Source of the DNA: Octopus bimaculoides
Taxonomy: Eukaryota
Reading direction: 5' to 3'
Assembly: GCF_001194135.2 (NCBI RefSeq)
Contig: NC_068993.1
Coordinates: 660,796 to 696,940, forward strand
DNA: 36,145 nt
Shown: positions 33,117 through 36,145 of the stretch, piece by piece
Layout: each line of letters begins with the position of its first letter
How positions within the stretch are numbered: the first letter of the stretch is position 1
Made by a program: the position numbers and the translations under genes
The notes under the pieces: generated by a model
Database searches by the model: none
What the model was told of the DNA's origin: nothing
The model's input: the letters and a program-made list of their open reading frames with translations, nothing else

Positions 33117-33150
33117 TTTTCCTTCATTTCAATTTCTTGCTATTGGCCAG
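33117..33150 (+). CDS. frc: SLC35D/frc coding exon 2 (34 nt); gene continues past the window end
   Basis: Acceptor aattctgtttcAG at 33115-33116; (AA)T TTT CCT TCA TTT CAA TTT CTT GCT ATT GGC CAG = N-FPSFQFLAIGQ, the conserved FPS....GQ motif; donor CAG|GTAAAT at 33151; phase fits exon 1. Confidence 0.88.
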
Positions 33151-33580
33151 GTAAATATATTTTCTATTTAACAAGTTCTTTTCACATTTTATTTTATTCC
33201 TGATTCTGCCATTTCCTCCACAATCTTCATAAATGGTTGTTTTTTTTTTATACTGAGATGCTTGAAATGACAAGAAAATATTCCCACAGTTAACACTGAT
33301 AATGGCTTAGCAGATATTTAGTTAAGGATTAATTCCAAATGCACTGATCTGGGTTTAATTTAGGATTTATTGACTGAGGTTTTGTTTGGAAGGAGTTGGC
33401 ATATTTGTCTAGAAGGGAATGGTATATTTGGAAAGGAATGTAATTTACAAGGGATTCCGTTGGCATTCCTGTTTGGTGAAATGTTAACTGATGTTATCAG
33501 TTGGTAAGTTAGTGTAAACTCATTTAATGTAGGGGACATGATAAAAACTGATTAGAAATAATGTAGTGATAAGAAAACAA

Positions 33581-33617
<37 letters not shown>

Positions 33618-33619
<2 letters not shown>

Positions 33620-33835
33620 GGTGACAAAAGGTAGCAGAACCATTAACATGCCAGTCAAAATTCTTAGAAGCATTTCATCCATCTTCCCATTCTGAGTTCA
33701 AATTTTGCTGAGGTTGAGTTTGCTTTTCATCCTTTTAGGGGTCAGTAAAATAAGGACCAATTGAACACTGGGGTTGGTGTAACCAACTTAGTCCCTTCTC
33801 TGAAACCGCTGGCCTTGTGCAAAAATTTGAAGCCA

Positions 33836-33871
<36 letters not shown>

Positions 33872-34225
33872 GTAGTAGTATTATTATTATTAAGGTGGCG
33901 AGCTGGCAGAATTGTTAGCATACCAGGCAAAATGCTTAGTGGTATTTTGCCTGTTGCTATGTTCTGAGTTCAAATTCCCCTGAGGTCAACTTTGCCTTTC
34001 ATGCTTTCAGGGTATGTGGAAAAAGTACCTGTTGAGTCGATGTAATTGACTGGTACCCGCCTCCCCCAGTTTCCGACCTTGTGCCTATTGTAGAAAGGAT
34101 TATTATTATTTAGGTATAAAAGGTGAGCTGGCAGAATCATTAGCATGCTAGGCAAAATGCTTAGCAGTATTTTATCTGTCTTTATGATCTGAGTTCAAAT
34201 TCTGCCAAGGTTGACTTGTCATCCC
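33618..34225 (+). mobile_element. Three head-to-tail family A SINEs separated by (ATT)n (33618-33835, 33892-34100, 34120-34225)
   Basis: Three aagg(t/c)g...(a)gctggcagaa heads, each preceded by an ATT tract. Confidence 0.88.
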
Positions 34226-34555
34226 CTTGGGGGATCTTGGGATGTTTTGTCTCAGAGTTGAGATGACAGGATACCAATACAAATAGTGCTATGTCATAAT
34301 AATAGGATTGTGATATGTCATACTTGATATGACAGGCCTGTATTTGTCATACTAAAGATATATGCCATGTCATACTACATTTTGTGATTTGCCATGATAA
34401 CAATTATGATTTATCACACTGTAAACCTGTTATTGAAATTGTATCCTTCCAAACAATTGCCAGGACTCAAATATTAAGAAAAACCTTGATAAAATTAAGT
34501 AACACTGAACAATGCCTGTTTTCTATACATGAGCAACCGAAAAATTGTGTGTGTG

Positions 34556-34590
<35 letters not shown>

Positions 34591-34639
34591 GTGTAAAGCT
34601 GCATTCATACAAGTTGAAAAAACTGGGTCATGATATTGT

Positions 34640-35140
34640 ATTTGATTTCAAATTATTTTTGTTGAGAAGGTTGTCTGGGAGAAAAGAAATGTTAAATTTG
34701 TTGGTAACAATCGGTTCATTCTTTCGACTGTGTTTATTGGAAATAAATGAACGAGAGTTTTGTGGAATACTATGTTAGTAGAAATATTGAATAGCTCTTT
34801 GTGTCCTGAGGCAACCAAATTGACAGTGACAGTACCAAAAGCATAATTGCCAGAATAAGAATGAAATGGTGGAAAAAGTTCTTGGGGTACCTTTGTTGCC
34901 AAAAAAAAGGATGCTCTTTGAGAGTAAATGATAAATTGTATGATGCTTGTGTATGAAGTGTAATGCTGCATGATAGAAAGACATGGACCTTGTTTGGAAA
35001 TTGTGTGTCCCCTGCACATTATGCCACCTACCAATCTCAAGATTCAAGACCTTCATCATTGAGGTTCTGAAGTAAAGCCAGAATGAAGCCTGTCCAATAA
35101 GGGTTCTTTGAGATGTTGATTTTAGGTCTCTTACCTCATG
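34640..35140 (-). mobile_element. Highly decayed CR1-clade LINE 3' end
   Basis: Frame-shifted pieces LLDRLHSGF, IMCRGH...QHYT and NISTNIVFHKTLVHLF.INT.R resemble the CR1 terminal 'LLTRLRLG...C.C...HFLL.C...TN..I......FI..T.RF' region. Confidence 0.4.
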
Positions 35141-35194
35141 GGATATTTGCTGAAAAGATTTTTGCAAGAGCTCTGCTACAATTGTAGACAATTT

Positions 35195-35476
35195 CCCCTA
35201 TGTTCCAGAATGCTCTTTATAGGTGTCCGAAACAGTTATGATTTCAGCTTGTCTCTGATCCGAGTAATGGTGGCTCTTACTAATGGATCTGTTCCAAATT
35301 CCTTCCTAAACTGATTTTGTACTTCAGTCAGATTCCCACATTCCTAGAGCCATGACCATTCCAGAGAATTTCTTTTTCTCAAAGCTTGTTTTTGCCATTA
35401 ATTATGCCTCAACATAAAAAATTAGTTAGTGACAGTTAAAATAATTCTAAGTGTGTATACATACTGTGGGTGACAA

Positions 35477-35477
<1 letters not shown>
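35195..35477 (-). mobile_element. Tc1/mariner 5' remnant (DUF4817-type HTH)
   Basis: ATG at 35398: MAKTSFEKKKF / ...NLTEVQNQFRKEFGTDPLVRATITRIRDKL; ends at TA next to a (TA)n run. Confidence 0.55.
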
Positions 35478-35512
<35 letters not shown>

Positions 35513-35574
35513 TGACAAGTATGTATATATATATATATATTAAACTGTGATTCACTAGAACTTTAAAAGAGTGA

Positions 35575-36035
35575 AGGTGCCTGACTTTGTGGTTAGAGTA
35601 CTTGGTTTATGATTGTAAAGTTGTCAGTTCGATTCTTGGTGGTGCATTGCTTCCTTGAGCAAGATGCTTTGTTTCACATTGCTCTAATCCACTCAGCTGG
35701 CAAAAATGAGTTGTACTTGTCATTAAATAAGGACCAGCTTTGTCATATTCTGTGCCTTACTGAATCTCCCTGAGAATCTATGTGAAGGGTACATGTATCT
35801 GTGGAGTGCTCAGCCACTTGCATGTTAATTTCACAAGGAGGATCTTCCATTGATCAGATCAACCGGAACCTTTCTCATCACAACTGATGGAGTGCCATAA
35901 CATTAAAGGCACACCGAGGTCAACTTTGCCTTTCATCCTTTTGGGGTTGATAAATTAAGTACCAGTTGAGTACTGGGGTCAATGTAATTGACTATCTCCC
36001 TCCCCAAAATTTCAGGCCTTGTGTCTATAATGGAA
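35575..36035 (+). mobile_element. tRNA-headed SINE, family C (35575-35905), followed by the 3' half of a family A SINE
   Basis: gtggttagag...gttcgattc head; ccttgagcaag...cattgctctaatccactcagctggcaaaaatgagt central block; then gaggtcaactttgcctttcatcc. Confidence 0.7.
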
Positions 36036-36098
36036 AGAGTTAAAGACACACACACACAAGGTGGGGATATAATTACACTAACTGCACGTGTGTGTGCA

Positions 36099-36145
<47 letters not shown>

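Noticed and set aside
33151-36145. Search for frc exon 3 (expected M.AT...L....K......FP)
   Set aside because: No matching exon with splice sites found; presumed beyond the window

Overview
AT-rich, microsatellite-rich eukaryotic DNA whose SINE, RTE-LINE and Tc1/mariner families look like those of Octopus (recognised from memory, not searched). It is not prokaryotic: no CRISPR, rRNA or true tRNA genes were found. Three protein-coding genes can be built by hand, two of them largely missed by the ORF track because they are spliced. (1) A complete 5-exon MPV17L2 gene on the minus strand, join(15415-15244, 13226-13065, 12838-12762, 11409-11281, 10527-10468), 199 aa. (2) A single-coding-exon Brat/NCL-1-type TRIM-NHL gene on the minus strand (23890-21695, 731 aa) that keeps an intact C3HC4 RING, unlike fly Brat and worm NCL-1. 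(3) The first two coding exons of an SLC35D/fringe-connection nucleotide-sugar transporter on the plus strand (30882-31000, 33117-33150), which continues beyond the window. A probable non-coding first exon and promoter of a fourth gene runs off the left edge. The rest is decayed retroposons and DNA transposons, SINEs, microsatellites and a 496-N assembly gap. The best leads are the RING-bearing Brat, a nested fold-back mariner/RTE structure upstream of MPV17L2, near-consensus RFX X-boxes and several orphan promoter-like motif clusters. I cannot support a wholly new biological system from this sequence alone.
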